Shown in pieces: positions 24,881 to 39,110 of a stretch of 64,000 nt of DNA (positions are counted from its first letter, which is position 1; every line of letters starts with the position of its first letter). The translations under genes were made by a program, and so were the position numbers. The notes beneath the pieces are model-generated. The model ran no database searches, had not been told where the DNA came from, and worked only from the letters and a program-made list of their open reading frames with translations. The stretch spans positions 69,504,001 to 69,568,000 of the forward strand of contig NC_045696.1 of assembly GCF_009834535.1 (NCBI RefSeq), given 5' to 3'. Origin of the DNA: Camelus ferus (lineage: Eukaryota).

Positions 24881-26417
24881 CCCCCCACCCTCTACCCTCA
24901 CAGAAGAAGGAAATACACTATAAGGTGGGGAGCTTCGTTTTAACAAGGGGACGTGGATGGTGTGTTGTGGGAGCACTTCACTGAGAAAGTGGGATTAGAC
25001 GTCAGAAAGAAGTGACATTTGAGCATGAGCTTGAGAGAAACCGGAGTCCCCGAGGCCAGGAGCTGGGTGTGTGCTGGGAGGAGGTACAGGCTGGGCAGTG
25101 GGCAGGATGTGAGGAGACCTGGGCCGTGAGAGGAAAGCAGAGGGGTTCCCAGGTGAGGTGGAAAGGCAGTGGGGAGGCAGCTCCGGCAAGATCCTGGGGT
25201 TCTGCCCAGAGTTTGCCCTTTATCCTATAGGTGAGTGAGTGCACGGCGAGGTAGTGAGTCGGCAAACACTCTTTGAAAATATCAATGCAGGAATAAATTA
25301 TTCTTCAAAGTATTTCCAGACCCAAAATGTCAGGGCTCCTGAAATACAGGGACCTTTACATCCTGAATCTTGCTGAAGTGTTAGGCTAGTGCAGGCTGTT
25401 GGATCAGGGAGAGGCCCGGGAAGAGGGGAGAACTCCCAGGAGGAGACAGAAAGCAGAGGGGGTGTCAGGAGAGAAATAAGGGGAACCAGCTCTGCTAACC
25501 CCGGAGTCAGTACACGTCAGGGATAGAAAGGTGGAAACCAACCACCTTTCTTACAAACCCTGAATTGTGATGCGTGCTGTTTGGTTGTACAAGTAGAAAT
25601 CCATTTTGAAAAGAAAAATTCACCCGTCTTTCTCTCTTTCCTGCCGCCACAATTTCAGATTCTCTCATGCAGAAGTTGACTTAGGTGGCTTTTAAACTTA
25701 ACTTAATGTGTTTGTTCTTAGCTCCAGAGAAAAAAATATCAGATCTTATCAACCCTCTATTGTACTTTACTAATTAAAACTTAGGAGAATTATTGTCCTT
25801 GTGCACAGGGACGCCTCGGTGATACAGCAGAGTCCATCTTTATATTTAGAGCTCATGTGATTAGCATATTCATTCCGATATATTTTCCTTAAACTGTTCA
25901 TCCTTGTACACATTTTATTAAAAAGAGTTTGGAAGACAAGGCTGAAGAGTAATAGATAAGAATGATTAATTTTAATTCCTTATTTAAATCAACATTTACT
26001 AAAGAAAATTTTACTGCACTTATTATTTGGCCAAAGGAAATTTTGAAAGCAGCTTTTTGTTACAGTTACCATGAAACTCAGTTGCTCTCTTGGGAAATAA
26101 GTGAATTATCTCTCAAGAAACGCTGGGCAAATGGCTTTACAGTTTCGTTCTCAGGCGTGTCATCCTTACGTGAGATTTAGATACTAATCCCTCAGGAGGG
26201 TTACTTCTCTCTTAATTTTATGGTATGTAAATAGAAATTACAATTATCTCACAAGATGCTCGTGAGTATTTAGAGTCGATAAATAAATGGATTTGAAATG
26301 TTTCAGGTGCTGGTATGATGCTATTGGTTACCTCAGGAATTTGTGAGAACACGCAGCAGTATGTGTGGGACATACACAACAGAACCTCTCATTTTTAAAT
26401 GCGTAGTGTTGTGATTC

Positions 26418-26811
26418 TTTTTTTTTAACTTCTTTTATTGAGTTATAGTCGTTTTACAATGTTTTGTCAAATTCCAGTATAGAGCACAATTTTTCTATAC
26501 GTTATAACTATACAGGAACATACATATATTCATTGTCACATTTTTTTTCGCTGTGAGCTACCACAAAATCTTGTATATATTTCTCTGTGCTATACAGTAT
26601 AATCTTGTTTATCTATTCTACATTTTGAAATCCCAGTCTGTCCCTTCCCACCCCCCACCCCCTTGGCAACCACAAGTTTGTATTCTATGTCTATGAGTCT
26701 GTTTCTGTTTTGTATTTATGTTTTTTTTTAATTCCACATATGAGTGATCTCATATGGTATTTTTCTTTCTCTTTCTGGCTTACTTCACTCAGAATGACAT
26801 TCTCCAGGGAC
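26418..26811 (-). mobile_element. L1 3' end (young family), about 0.4 kb
   Basis: Collinear with 13174-13580: poly-T, 3' UTR and the end of ORF2 (ctcatatggtatttttctttctctttctggcttacttcact). Confidence 0.93.
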
Positions 26812-28319
26812 AAAATCACAATGTAGAGAATCTTAGCTTTGGACTGGACCTTAGGTTTCAGCTCCTTTCCCTGTAAGCATCCCTTCTACTAACATCCCTC
26901 TGAGAGTGTTCATCCGATCTCTCCTTTGAAGATTATAGGAGTGTTTTTGGAGAAAAAACAAAACAAAACTTTTTTTTGGCCTTACCACTTCACATTTTAC
27001 AAAGAAAGCATTTTCCCAATCTTCTAATGCTCTTCAGTGAAAGAGGGGCTCTCCTCATTCCAAGAGTGTACTTGTCCCCTCCAGTTGCCAAAGCATCAAG
27101 GGACTTACATAATTGCTGAATATTCATGTTTATTGAACCTACACTTAGACTGAAATTCCTCACTGTCTAGTAACAAGATGTTTTCTATTCTGTTGAATGA
27201 AGAGGCTCTTTAATCTTGAAAGTGGGCCTTTTTGGAGAGCATTCCAAAGTGCCAATCAAGCCAAGTACCCTACCTTGCCTTTGAACTCAGTAAGCTGAAA
27301 GTGTGTCTGTAATCTCCAGCGTTGGGTTACCATAAGGCAAGAGGTAGTAGGAACGTTGTGGATAAATTAAAACCCCAAACTGTTAGTCTTAGTGAGGCTT
27401 GTATTGGCACTATCAACAAAGAGCATTTTAATCAGTCAGATTCTCCCTTTTGTCTTCTGTCCCACCTGGTCCCTGATCTTGGGCAGGGAGAGGAATGGAG
27501 GCTGCTTATAACTGGGGTTTCTGCAGATGTGCAGGTGTGGGGGTGAGACAACAGGATGCCCTCCAACTTGAGCTGGTGGCCTGGTTCAAGATTTGTTCTT
27601 GTAATCTACCCAACTGGAGATGAGTGTTCTAAAGAAAAATTAAATGGCCAACAGTAAGTCAATGGGTTAGAAAAGAAGAGATTTAAGGACTAGATAATTT
27701 GTCCCTTAATTACAAGACCTAATAGTATAACGTTAACATGCGTAATAACCATCCATTGTGCATAGTGGGAAATTCGGGAGAAAGGTAAACATGAGCTTAA
27801 GCTGCTTCTGCAGTGGTTAAAGGGCAAGTCCATTACTTGGTGTTCCATGATTGTTGAATAGTCAATAAACCTATTGGGTAATTCCTGATTTATCAACACA
27901 GAGCAACTGAAAGTTTTTTTTTTTCCCCAGAAAAGGTGGACTTGGATTGACATTTTATTTCTGTGGGCATGATCTTTGCAGATACCAACAGCTTTGGCTC
28001 TTACACTGCTGCAGCTGGTCAGCCCTTGAAACCAGACTCATATTAGGACTCGCAACCAAAGGTACCAGGGCTTAGATAGGAAGGATCAGATTGGGAAGGA
28101 AGTGGACAAGACATTTTTTAGGCAGCTTCTAGGAAAATTTCCAGGAGGAAACTACAGGATCTCTCTGGGGGTTCTCAAATCCAAATGCCAATAGAGGCCA
28201 GGCAGTTAATATGGACAAGGGAAGTTGAGGGTGTAAGGCTTTAAGGAGTGGCGAGGACTCTAGCAAGGTGGAGAACACATGCCCTTTGTAATGGGAGCAG
28301 CCAGTACTCAGCTCCAGCC

Positions 28320-28480
28320 AACTGTTGCCAGGTTGGAAAGCAACCCAGGTCTGATTTCTCAAGAGAAGCTAGACTCCAGGTGTGAATGTGAAATCCTCCA
28401 ATTTTAAAAACCACTGTGCAAGTCAAATAAACACATTTCCAAGGGTCGGAAGATCTGTGGGCCTCCAAGTTGTCACACTG
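28320..28480. mobile_element. MER102-like hAT-Charlie remnant
   Basis: gatttctcaagagaagctag...atgtgaaatcctccaattttaaaa, with inverse similarity to 34515-34630. Confidence 0.55.
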
Positions 28481-31400
28481 ATGCCCAGGAAATAAAACCT
28501 CAGGGATATGATGGGAGCCAGTTACTTAATTTTCTTGCTTTGAAGGTGGTCACAAATTATTGGTGTTGCAAATGTAAACTGGTCTCCTACCAAAGGAGAG
28601 AATGAATGGGCTTGAGGAAACTAAAAGAAGGAATCCAGGAAGAAAAGACACTCGGAAGGTCAAAGACAACATAAAGCAGAGCCACAGTCTGAGTAATAAG
28701 TAGATATGACATGGAAATAAAGAAGGGAAGGCCCAGTCCCTTTTGGGGAGAGAAAAAGTTAAAGTGTGAGACTGTACTCAAAGAGGATAAATTTGGACCT
28801 TCTGGAGGAGGGAAAGTAGAACAGCTAACAGGATCATCGTGAAGTCTGATGAGAGCCTATGGCGGTCACAACCAGCTTGTCTTCTTCAGGCATTCGTTAT
28901 AGTAGCATTAGTTAAAGTGCATTCCACGGGATGTTAAAGGGCGAGTCCCAGGAAGACAAGGGAGTTCAATCATTGGAAAATTCCAAATTAAATATATTTC
29001 TTTTCTGTATGATAATGTAGAGCCTTTAATATATGTAGATTCTAACCTATTGAGACCATGCAAAAGCAGGATAAAGTATTTAGTTTCCCAGATTTAATTA
29101 ACCACAGAGTCCTCCTACACCAGAGCATCTTAAGAGACCAATATTTTGCAGAATTCGCATTGCTGAACACCAGATGAAAAGGAATACACGTACTCAAATG
29201 ACCCATAGACTGTCCCTTCTGGCCATGGGTGTGGGGACAAGTCACACTTCTAAGGGAATCCTGGTTAGTATCTCTAGCGACTCTGGTCTCTCGGATAGGG
29301 AACTAAGGGATGTGGGGCAGAGGTGATGCTCTAGTCTCTTCCTCAGTCATGAGTCAAGGTTCTAGGAGGAACAGGCATGTATGGGGCACAAGAACAGTTC
29401 TGTAACTGATCTGAGAATGACTGTTCCTCTGGACCGTGGATTTCGATTCTGGAATGACAGGCCACTTGGCAAGGAATCTGGAGCTTGTCACATAAACCAA
29501 GAAAAATATTTTTGGCCAGAGACTTGGAGACCAAACAGGAAAGTTTTAAAATGAGATTTAAAGGGGATAAAGTAGAATGTTCAAATGAAACTCGAAAATC
29601 ACAGCCCACAGAGGGGCAGCAGGTGTGAGCTAGAAATAAGAGGCCCCACAGAGGGGGTGCCAAGCAGTTCTCCAAGGGACTGGCAGTGGGCTCACGTCCA
29701 CACTGGGAGCACATTTGCCAACTGCACTGGGAGGGGGCAAAGTGAGCGGGTCAAGTTCATTGCGGGAGGCAAGCATGACCTCTGAGACAGTGGATGGGTC
29801 TCACAGTGGACTGGGGTGAGTAGAACACACAGCCAGAAGGCCATGCTAGATGAGGGTGACACGTTCTGGTGATCACAGTCACTGAGGTGGATGTTAGAAA
29901 TGTATACACAAGTACACAAGTAAGTCACAAAAATGTCAGAGTGGAAGTAAAGCCAAGCACACATGGGTGAGATTTTCAAAAGGGCAAAACAGAAAGGATT
30001 TTGCTGGCGGTGGATACTCCAGTCTTCTCAGGCAGAGGGAGTCTCTGACTGCTGCTTTCCTATTTAAGACTTTTTAAAAGCAGCACAGGAAGAAGATGGA
30101 GTAAAGATGGGAAGAGGGTATTTATCAGCCATCTGCCCCATCTGATGAACTGTTGACTTGCCTGGCTAACAATCTCATGATTTAAAAGTTAGAGGAACCA
30201 AGGAGGAACCTACTTACTCTGTACTTAATTCTGACTGGGAAGCATCCAACTGGCTCACAGTGTAGAAGGCACAGGAAACGCAGGAGAAAGTAACCAGATC
30301 ATCGCGTCATTTTATGAAAGCCAAAGGAGGAAATACGGTGCATGCTTGAGGTGTGCCCTTCCCTCACCTTCCTACCTCTTCTGCTGCTTCTTACTTCCTT
30401 CTGGTACCTCCATTCCCATTCTAATAAGAACTCCAGGCCAGATTTCAGGGTGGCCACCAGGGATTTTAGGATGGACAAGTCACCATGTTCCTTTCCCAAA
30501 AATGGAGGAGAGCAAAGATTCTTCAATCCAAGTTTAGTAGGAAATATGTATCGCTTGTATTTCAAGTTGGAACTCAGAGCCCATGAGCCCACAAAGTTTT
30601 ATACATGGCAGGGGAGTTTTGTTGTTTCATTATTTGAGTGTATATTATAGGACCCACGTGTACATTCTCAACTGATACTCACAACAACCCCTGCAAGGTA
30701 GGTAATATCATCCCAATTCAGAGATGAAGAAACTAAGGGATAGAGACTAAATGACTTGCTTGCTCAAAGCCACATCGCAACTGACCTGTGGCTTGAACCC
30801 AGGCCTTTCTGGCTTCTAAGCAGAGCTTTTTCAGCTCTACCAAGCTGTCTCCAAAACCTGACACTGGATACCTAACGGGCTGATAGGCTTTAGTAGTTAC
30901 TCTGAGAACCCGGTCTCTACATAACATTGTTTCTATGGGGAAATGTGCTCGGAGTGACAAACAACTGGCTTAACCAAGGAACTTTTGTAACCTGACCTGT
31001 CACAAATCAGGCACTGCCTCAAGCTCAGAAAGGCTAGTTGTGGGAAGTAGAGAGGAAAGCAGACTTTATTCAGCCAGCGTCCCCTCAGACACCATGATAC
31101 CATTCCAGGCTAGCTTGGCATTTGCCGAGAAACAACAGCTTCAAACGCATCTACAAAGTCACCATGCAGCACCTACCACTGAAGATGGATGTGAGGACCA
31201 TATGTGGGGGCCCTTTGTTTCCTAAAGCAGCTAGTGCCGCTCCAGCACACAGTGAACGCTGGATAAGTGGGGACTGAGATGATTCTCAACAGCTGAGGGT
31301 GAGCTAGAGTGGAGGGAGTGGCGAGGGAGGGAAAGCTCTGCTGTCTCTCTTGGGGCCTCCCTGGGAATTATGGTAGGGGGAATTACGGTAGGGGGAGGGT

Positions 31401-31888
31401 GTGGGCCTACTTTTGGGGGTTGCCTCCTGCTCCCTCGTACAGTTCCTAGTTTCTGGCCTTGGTTGTTCAGGACCCAGGAAGTGATCTTTCTCAGCGAGAG
31501 CTCAATTCCAGCAAGTGGCCTGTCTTCTCCAGGTATTCAGGGCTATGTTCTCATCAGCCATCCTCCCCATCTGCCTTCAGATAGCAGCTATCTGGGCTGA
31601 TGGACGTGTGAGTGCTGGTAAAGCTAGTTCAGAATCAAAAAGCTGCACAACAGCTGAGCAGTCGTTATAGAACCTCAGAGATCCGCACTCCCATCTCCAT
31701 TGCCTGCTACCTTCTGGGAGCAGAATTGCTTTCTGCCCCCGTGTTTGACTTTGCTGTCTGAGAACTGTGAGATCAAGCTTATTCAGAGCCCTCTAGCCTC
31801 AGCCAAATCGGCCTGAAGGGGATTTTCATTCCACAAATAAATCTTCAAAGGGAGAAAGGATAGCTAAAGGCAGCCAAACTCGGCGAGA

Positions 31889-31937
31889 TTTTTTTAAAAC
31901 AATTTTTTATTGAGTTATAGTCATTTTACAATGTTGT
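31889..31937 (-). mobile_element. Very short L1 3' tail (young family)
   Basis: ttttttattgagttatagtcattttacaatgttgt is identical to the tail of the 5.3 kb copy. Confidence 0.8.
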
Positions 31938-33187
31938 TTTTTATTTTATTTTATTTTTATTTTTTGGATGGGGGAAGGGAGCTGTTTTCTCTTGTCCAGG
32001 ACAGATCCTGACTGGAAAAAACTCAAGAGACTTAGCCCTCAGGAGAGAAAAACTCCAGCTGTCTCACTGGCTCTCTCCTGAGGGTCACCCCCAAAGTGGC
32101 AGGACCATGTGATGGACTTCCCATCAATGTGGTAGTTCTCAAGTCAGGCCATGGAGCTTCAGAGAGACCCTGGGACCTCAGAGCAGCAGTGTGTGTGAGC
32201 GTGCTCCGTACCACGGATGGAGAGTATAAGAGAAGCCTCCGTGTTTTGGCCAGCACGTGTGCCCCGCATGCATACACGTGTGTCCACAGGTGCTGCACTA
32301 GGGGAGGATCTGATTTCCAACTTCAGCAGGCTTCGTGCTGGAGTCCTGTCCTTAGGGGGAGATGCTGTCAGGTGCCAGACAGAATTAGGGAGAGACTACC
32401 CAAGGAGACTCTGTCCCCAGCCCGCAGAAACAAGCTGTCTTGTGTGCAGGAGAAGGGTCACTGCTCAGTGGGAGTAGATTCTCTGGAGTTCAGAATTAAC
32501 CTTGAAGGGGTAGGGAGGCTGCTCTGGACCCAAGGCTGGTAGATTTGGCCCTTTGTTATTCTGGGGCAAGAATGGAGACCAGAGACCAGTAGGGAGACCC
32601 ACACCACAGACTCTGTGGGGAAGAACGCCACGGGGTCTTTAGCCGGCCAACCTCGAGCTGAATCTCATGGCCTGAGTAGTAGCTGTGATCAAAACTGGTC
32701 CACAAGCATGAATGAGAATGACCCGCAGCTTTGCAGTCACTGGCTCTTATGGCTTCGCTTGACCTTTCCACTTCTCTAGAGGCTTTAGGGGCATAGCAGG
32801 AGCTCAGGGGAGTGGAAAGGTAAGGGATGAAGTTGGGAAGTTTGGAGCTGGGGTTTGAATTCCAGCCAGTGCATCCTCAGGGACTGGTCTCAGTTTCCTA
32901 ATATGTACCATGAGAAGGCTGCTATGGCTTCAAAGGGGACCACAATCCAAGCTGGTATGGAGTGGTAGTTCTGCATGCATCCAGGTACTATCAAATAGTA
33001 CACTATTTTTATTTATTTGTCACCAGCCCCCACCATGGGTGCCATATTGAGTAAGATTTCTGTCAGCCATAAAGCTGTGCTAAGTAATCATTCATTCTCC
33101 ACCTTTATGACTCAACAGCATCCATTTGCCATTCACTCAGTTCATCTGATTACCAAGAGTAACCAGTGTAAGTGATTTTCTTCCATT

Positions 33188-33208
33188 CCACAACAACAAC
33201 AACAACAA
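33188..33208. repeat. (CAA)n microsatellite
   Basis: caacaacaacaacaacaacaa. Confidence 0.85.
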
Positions 33209-34479
33209 AATTTAACCCACTGTGCAGTCTTTGTTATGAGTAAATGCACAAATACTATCCCACATTAAGAAATGTTGATAGCAACTCATGGACTCCTTCC
33301 ATACTTTGGACTATTCTTTGGGACCTGTGATCTCCTGGCTGGGAATCCCTAGACCCCAAAGTCCCCTTAAGTGCAAACGATCTGCCATCTGTGATTTGGG
33401 GGTAATTTTTCACAGATGAAAATGACTTAAGAAGTGTCCTCATAGGTTATTAAGAAGGTTCCCTATTTATACTATAAAACAAATAGAGGCCAGGCAGGCT
33501 TTCCTCCTTCCTTGGCCTTTGTGTTTTCTTTAGCCCTTCCTTGAGTTCTCCCTCTTATTCCTCACACTTCTGCCCACCCCCTCCTGGTTCTGGTCTCCCG
33601 TCCCCCAGCCCATTCACACCCCTTAGATTATCCTGAGTGCCATGAACATCAGTCTTGTCCCCAGTATGGAAAAAAGCCAGGGAATACCTTGCCCCTTGAG
33701 CTGAGCCAAGACAAATCTGTTGGCAGGAACAGCGGGCACAAGAGTCACACTCAGAGAACAAAAACAGCTGTTTATAAAGCCTGCTTCCTGGTTGCTGGGG
33801 GCTCACTTTCCCTTGTACCAAAGGGGCCACTGCCTCCTCTTGGAAAAGGTCCTTCCATCCATAGCTCTGTGCCGGGGGGGTCACCGAGTGCCGTTCCAAT
33901 GAGCAGTGAGAGCAGGGGACAGCATGCAGGGTGGATTAGATGTGGTGACAAGCTCTTTGATGGGCCAGGGCAGCTGGGTGTGCGGGTGACACAGATGGCC
34001 TCTGCAGCACCTGTGAGGTGACGGTCACGGGCCCCTTGCAGGACTTCACATCCTGGCCTTAGAACTAAGCCCACCTCCCTTGGTTTTTCTTTTTCTTTTT
34101 TCAACCTTTGATCTGAACTTTGGTTTATACAATTATTCAATGTCCAAAAGCACTTGGGATGCAAATAATGTAAAATGTTAACAGATAAAGTGTTCTCAAT
34201 ATTATCAGTAAGATCTGTCATTCAACTCGAGTTGCATTTGCCCGTCCTGTGCTGCCGTCATACCCATCTGATTGTGCTAGGTTGTTATTTTCTGTGACAG
34301 TCTGCCACAAGTCTGCTCTTCAGTAGTAGCAGTAACACCACCCATAACCCAGCGAACCCATAATATTCAGTGATATCATTTGCTTTTGTTTTTTAATTAA
34401 GATGAACCTTATGAAAATGTATAATTAATGTACTGAAGCAGCTGGTTGGCTAGGCATTGTGTCCCCTGGATGTGTAGTT

Positions 34480-34660
34480 TGGGGCCTTACGGTGTTCTTT
34501 AAAAAAACTGAATTAGTTGCCAACTTTAATAATCAGGAGATTTTACATAAAGAACACACATCTCTGGCATCTTTGTAAAAAATGGCAGCTCTGGCAATGG
34601 TTGGGCCCACACCCCAACATGGTGGTGGTTGTGGAGCACATGGGCCCCCCACCACACACA
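34480..34660. mobile_element. MER102-like hAT-Charlie remnant (opposite orientation)
   Basis: ttgccaactttaataatcaggagattttacataaa...ctctggcaatggttgggcccacaccccaacatgg. Confidence 0.55.
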
Positions 34661-37600
34661 CACCTCATCCTGTGCCACGTTGTTCAGGGAGCTTGGAGAA
34701 ACCTCAGAAGTCAGTTGCTCCGAGTCCTTCATTGTAGGATGAGGAAACTGAATCCAGGAGACCCTGAGTAACTCTTGTGGGGTCATATTCTAGTGTGTGT
34801 GAGGCCTGGGGCTACAAGGCGGGTCTCCTGCCCACTGGCCCAGTACGGCCTCCACATTCTGTCCCCTTAGCGCACCCCACAATGCCACCTTGTGTAGCGC
34901 CTGCTTCACCAGGCTGACACAGGAGGCCTGACTGACTGTTTGAGGCATGACCCATTCGGGGAACCTGGTTATCAAAGTCCAAACCACAAAGAGGAACACC
35001 TTCACGTTAAGGGCTCCTATTTCTAGAAATAACTACAGTGTCCTCTTTGTAGCCTTCTAAGCCCAAAGAAATGTTTTCATGTTTGGATGACTTCAAAAGT
35101 CTATTGCCCTTAAAACTTCCTAGATTATCAGAAAAGGGCCATCAGAAGCTCACTGCCTTTGCTGGTAAAAGTGCCCAGCAGCTAGCTTGGTTGTACTTGT
35201 GGACATCTTTGAAAACAGGCTATTCATAGGCTGTTAGGATGGTGACCAAATCTAGCCCTAAATTGCTGACAAATATAAAAGAACAGTAGTCTCATTTTTC
35301 CCTCATCTGTCAAATGAAAAGATTCAACTAACTAGTGTGCAATCAGTGTTATTTTCTTATAAAGCAGGGGGAAATTAAGAAAGCCCCAAAATAGAGTCAA
35401 CCCACGATGTCCCTGCTGCTATTTGCCACACCTCCCTGTGAATGAGAGTCCCTTGGAGCCCAGACGAGGGTCTTCTGCCTCAAGAACAGGCTCACCTGGG
35501 TAGCTTAGAGCCTGACAGTGAACCTCGGAGTTTCGTGGACCTGGAAACCAGCCTCAGGACAACTGGTTAAGGATTAGTCATCTCCAGCTGAAAGGTGATT
35601 ATGAGAAGGAAAGAAATGGTGGGCCAAAAAAAATTCAGGAAGAGAGATGAGGAAAAAGCAGTCCAGAAGTCATTAAAACATGGTTAGTTTTATTTTCTTC
35701 AAAAATATTGGCTGCCTGGGATAGACCCCCACACTGCTCCTGTCCCTACTCCTGCAGCAGTGGGGGAATGAGTCTCCCACTGAGTGGGTTTCCTAGCAAC
35801 AAGACAGAACAGTCAGGGAGCGCTTACCATGCGTTAAACACCTGCTTGGTGCTTTGCATTTGCCACATGAGCTTCACAACTTTGCTGGGTAGAGAATAAT
35901 ATTCCCACTTTGTAGAAGAAGAAATAAAGGGTCAAAGAACTTAAACTGTCTAGCTAGAAAGTGGCAGAGTCAGGCACGAACCCTACCTTCTCGGATTCCA
36001 AATGCCATGTTCTTATAAAGTGAAAATGAAACAGACAAAAACCAGAGCTGTATGTAGCAGGGACAAACCTCCACCATGGGCCAAGAGTAGAATGCTTGGG
36101 GAGACACCTTCAAAAGACAAGAAGAACGCTGGCATTCAGGCTGTCTGCTTGGCAGGGAGAGTGGGGGCTGTCTCCCACCTCACATTATAGGGTATCATAT
36201 GCCTACAGGCTTTTACCAAAGACTTTGGAAAGGTGCTGGTGCTGGTAGAACAAAATGGGAAAAGGGAAAAGGGGAAGATGAGGCAGAGAATTTGCTTCAA
36301 CCTGTGAAATTCTTATTTGTATCAACAGTGCCTATTCACAGGATTCTTCTGAGAATGAACAGGATAATATATGTAAAACGTTTAGTAGAGCGCAAACTGA
36401 AAAGCCCAAAGCCTCCCTGACGAGAGGCTTTCTCTACTTCCAGATCCACAAACAACCTGTCAGCACTCCGTGCTATACAGATCTGCTCTGCCAGTGTAGA
36501 CAGAACCAAAGACTCCAGATGACTGCTCCCTGGTGTCTTGGTATGCAGTGACAGTAGGCTGGGAGTTTGGTTACTTCCTGTTCTCAAAGCAGCTGAAAAA
36601 GGGAGCAGCCAGTAACCTTCAGGGAACCCCGCCTCAGGTAGGCATGCCCATGAAGTCCTTGGCAACAACACACCAACATACACAAAGAGAGGGTCTGTCT
36701 TACCTTCTCTATGTCACTTGACCTCCACCTCAGTGCCCACCATTAATGGCTGACTTCAAACAGGTAGAATTCTGGGAGCCATCTCTCCCTGATCAGCCTT
36801 TATCCAGGCAGGAATTTCTTCTTTTCTCTGTCCCTACCCCCATGGCCCCTGCCTTTGTACTTTCAACCATTTTGGTAGCTAGGACAGAGGCAACCAAAGT
36901 AATCCCCCTTTATATTATCTCGAAGGCTAGTGGCTATTTTTCTGAGTAACCAGGGAGGTGGCCTTCATTAGGAAGAGAGTACTTTGATTATTGCAGGGCA
37001 TCAGCAACACTCAGTCAACAAACTTTTAATGTATATGGGAATGAAGGCCGTCGACCTGTTCTACATGATTTTCATTTAATATTTATAATATTCTGTGAAT
37101 TAAGCACAAGCCTATTTTATGAGTAAAGAGGCTCAGAAAAGTTAAAAAATTGCTCAAAGTTATACAACCCGAAAGGGCAGAGTCAGAGTTTGAACCCTGG
37201 GCTCCTTGATTCCATTCTGGGGTCTTTGCATTAGGACTGCACTGCCCCCTCTTACCGAGAACAGCTGAGAGTGGCCCACTTGAACCTGAAGTGGGAGTTG
37301 CCTAAAGAGCATTTGTGTTTGTCTCCCAGCCCAGCCTTCCCTGTTTCACTCTGTGTAATGTGTAGTTCAGGGGCACTGCCTCTGCCTCATTGCTGGGTGA
37401 GCCAAGAGAATGAAATGTGCAGGGTGTCCTGGGAGCATCTAGCCTTTCTAGGGGTCAACGTTGGTCTCCCTCACTGTCTGAGACTGTGTAGATTCAAGAA
37501 CAGGAGGTTCCTGTGACAAATCCAATTCAAACTCCTCTAGAACTCACCTGGCCTCCAGGACCCGAGGGAATCTGACACTCTTCATCAGATAGTATTTCCT

Positions 37601-37898
37601 AGCATGTGATGCAACCACTAACGCCCCAAGCCCTTAAATACATCCATTTCACAGCCTGGTGAAGGAGAATCACAGCAGCCAAGTAAGTGTAATAGGAGCA
37701 CAAAACACCACACCACACAATATGCAAAAGCATGCTAAGGAAGGGTAGCAGGGCGGCAAAGCACAGGCTCGGGGGTCAGTCAGGGGGCACTGCCCCCTCG
37801 GCACTTACTTGCCCGGCAACCTTGGGCAAGTTACTTACCCTCCCCAAGCCAAGTCTTTTCTTATTTGTAGCCAACAGTACCTACTTCTTAAGGTTCTA

Positions 37899-38088
37899 TT
37901 TTTATTTTTTAATTGATATATAGTTGATTTACAATTTGTGTTAGTTTCTAGTGTACAGCATAGTGATTCAGTTATATACATATATAATTCCTTTTCCTAT
38001 TCTTTTTCATTATAGGCCATTACAAGGTATTGAATATGGTTCCCTGTGATGTACATTAGGACCTTGTTTATTAGGACCTTGTTTATCT
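37899..38088 (-). mobile_element. Older L1 3' end inserted in a MIR
   Basis: tttaattgatatatagttgatttacaat...gtgtacagcatagtgattcagtt is a typical laurasiatherian L1 3' UTR. MIR sequence flanks both sides, and there is an internal tandem duplication of ttaggaccttgttta. Confidence 0.8.
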
Positions 38089-38519
38089 AAAGAATCTAAA
38101 GAGATAGTGTATGTGAAATGTTTAGCAGAGTGCAAAACCAAAGAACTATAGGAATAGAAACTATTTACTTCTAACTAAAATGTGCCTGAGTTAACAGAGG
38201 AGAAATAGAAGCTCTTCGATTTTGAGCACATAGTCTCCTGTGGGTCAGAGGTCAAATGTTAGAATCTTGGTAAAGCTATTAAAAATATGGAAACTCTGTG
38301 AGGCAGAGATCCTGCCTCTCTTATTCATCACTTTTTCTCCAGGCGCTTTGTGGTACGTGGCCCATACTAGGGTTCACTAGATGATCTATGAATGGATGAA
38401 TGTTGGATGCATGGATGGATAGATGGATGGATGGGCCAAAAAAACAGAAGTGCCATCCTTCAGTTACAAAGAGGACTGCCACTGGAGAATTCATCTCCTG
38501 GTTCCCCTCTCTCAGTGAA

Positions 38520-39110
38520 TGGCACCTGCCATCTATCATGCCATCTAAGACAGATCTTTTAAAAGCACAAATCTGTTCAGGTCACTACTGCCATGCATCC
38601 CCCACCAGTACCCCCACTTAAGAATGGTCCACAACACTCTGTAAACTTTAAGATAAAGGCTAAACACCTAAGTGTGGCATCCCCAGCCTTTACAATCTTG
38701 CTTCTGTCTGCCTTTCCAGCCTCCCCTGTTCAACCCACCTTTCTGTGAGTTCTAGGTCCCCTCCAGCAGGTCTGTGCCCTCTTGCCCTGTGCCAAAGCTT
38801 GGGCTTCTTCCTCTGCCTAGAATGTTCTTCCCCCACCTTCCGTATTCCCTTCCACGTTCCTCCAAACGCAACCCCAGCATCGCCCCACTAGGATGCTTTC
38901 TCTCACTGCCCCTGGCCCCACTAAGAATTAGATGTCCCTCCTCCTCGGTGCTCCCAATGCTTAGTACTTAGCTCACTACACTATGGTCTGACTCCTTATC
39001 TGCCCTTCCCAGGTGCCTGGGTCATGGAGTGCTGTGTTTTGTTCTTCATTGTACCTAATACACCTCCATCTAGTCCTGGCACAGTGATTGTTTCTTGAAT
39101 TGATAAATAC
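38520..39110 (+). mobile_element. L2 3' fragment
   Basis: ttcctctgcctagaatgttcttcccc...tcctggcacagtg... ending near ttgaattgataaat. Confidence 0.55.

Noticed and set aside
33772..34480. 149 aa - strand ORF or possible decayed DNA-transposon interior
   Set aside because: The AT-rich block may be an old hAT fragment, but I cannot support a family or protein homology by eye. A Dfam nhmmer search would settle it.
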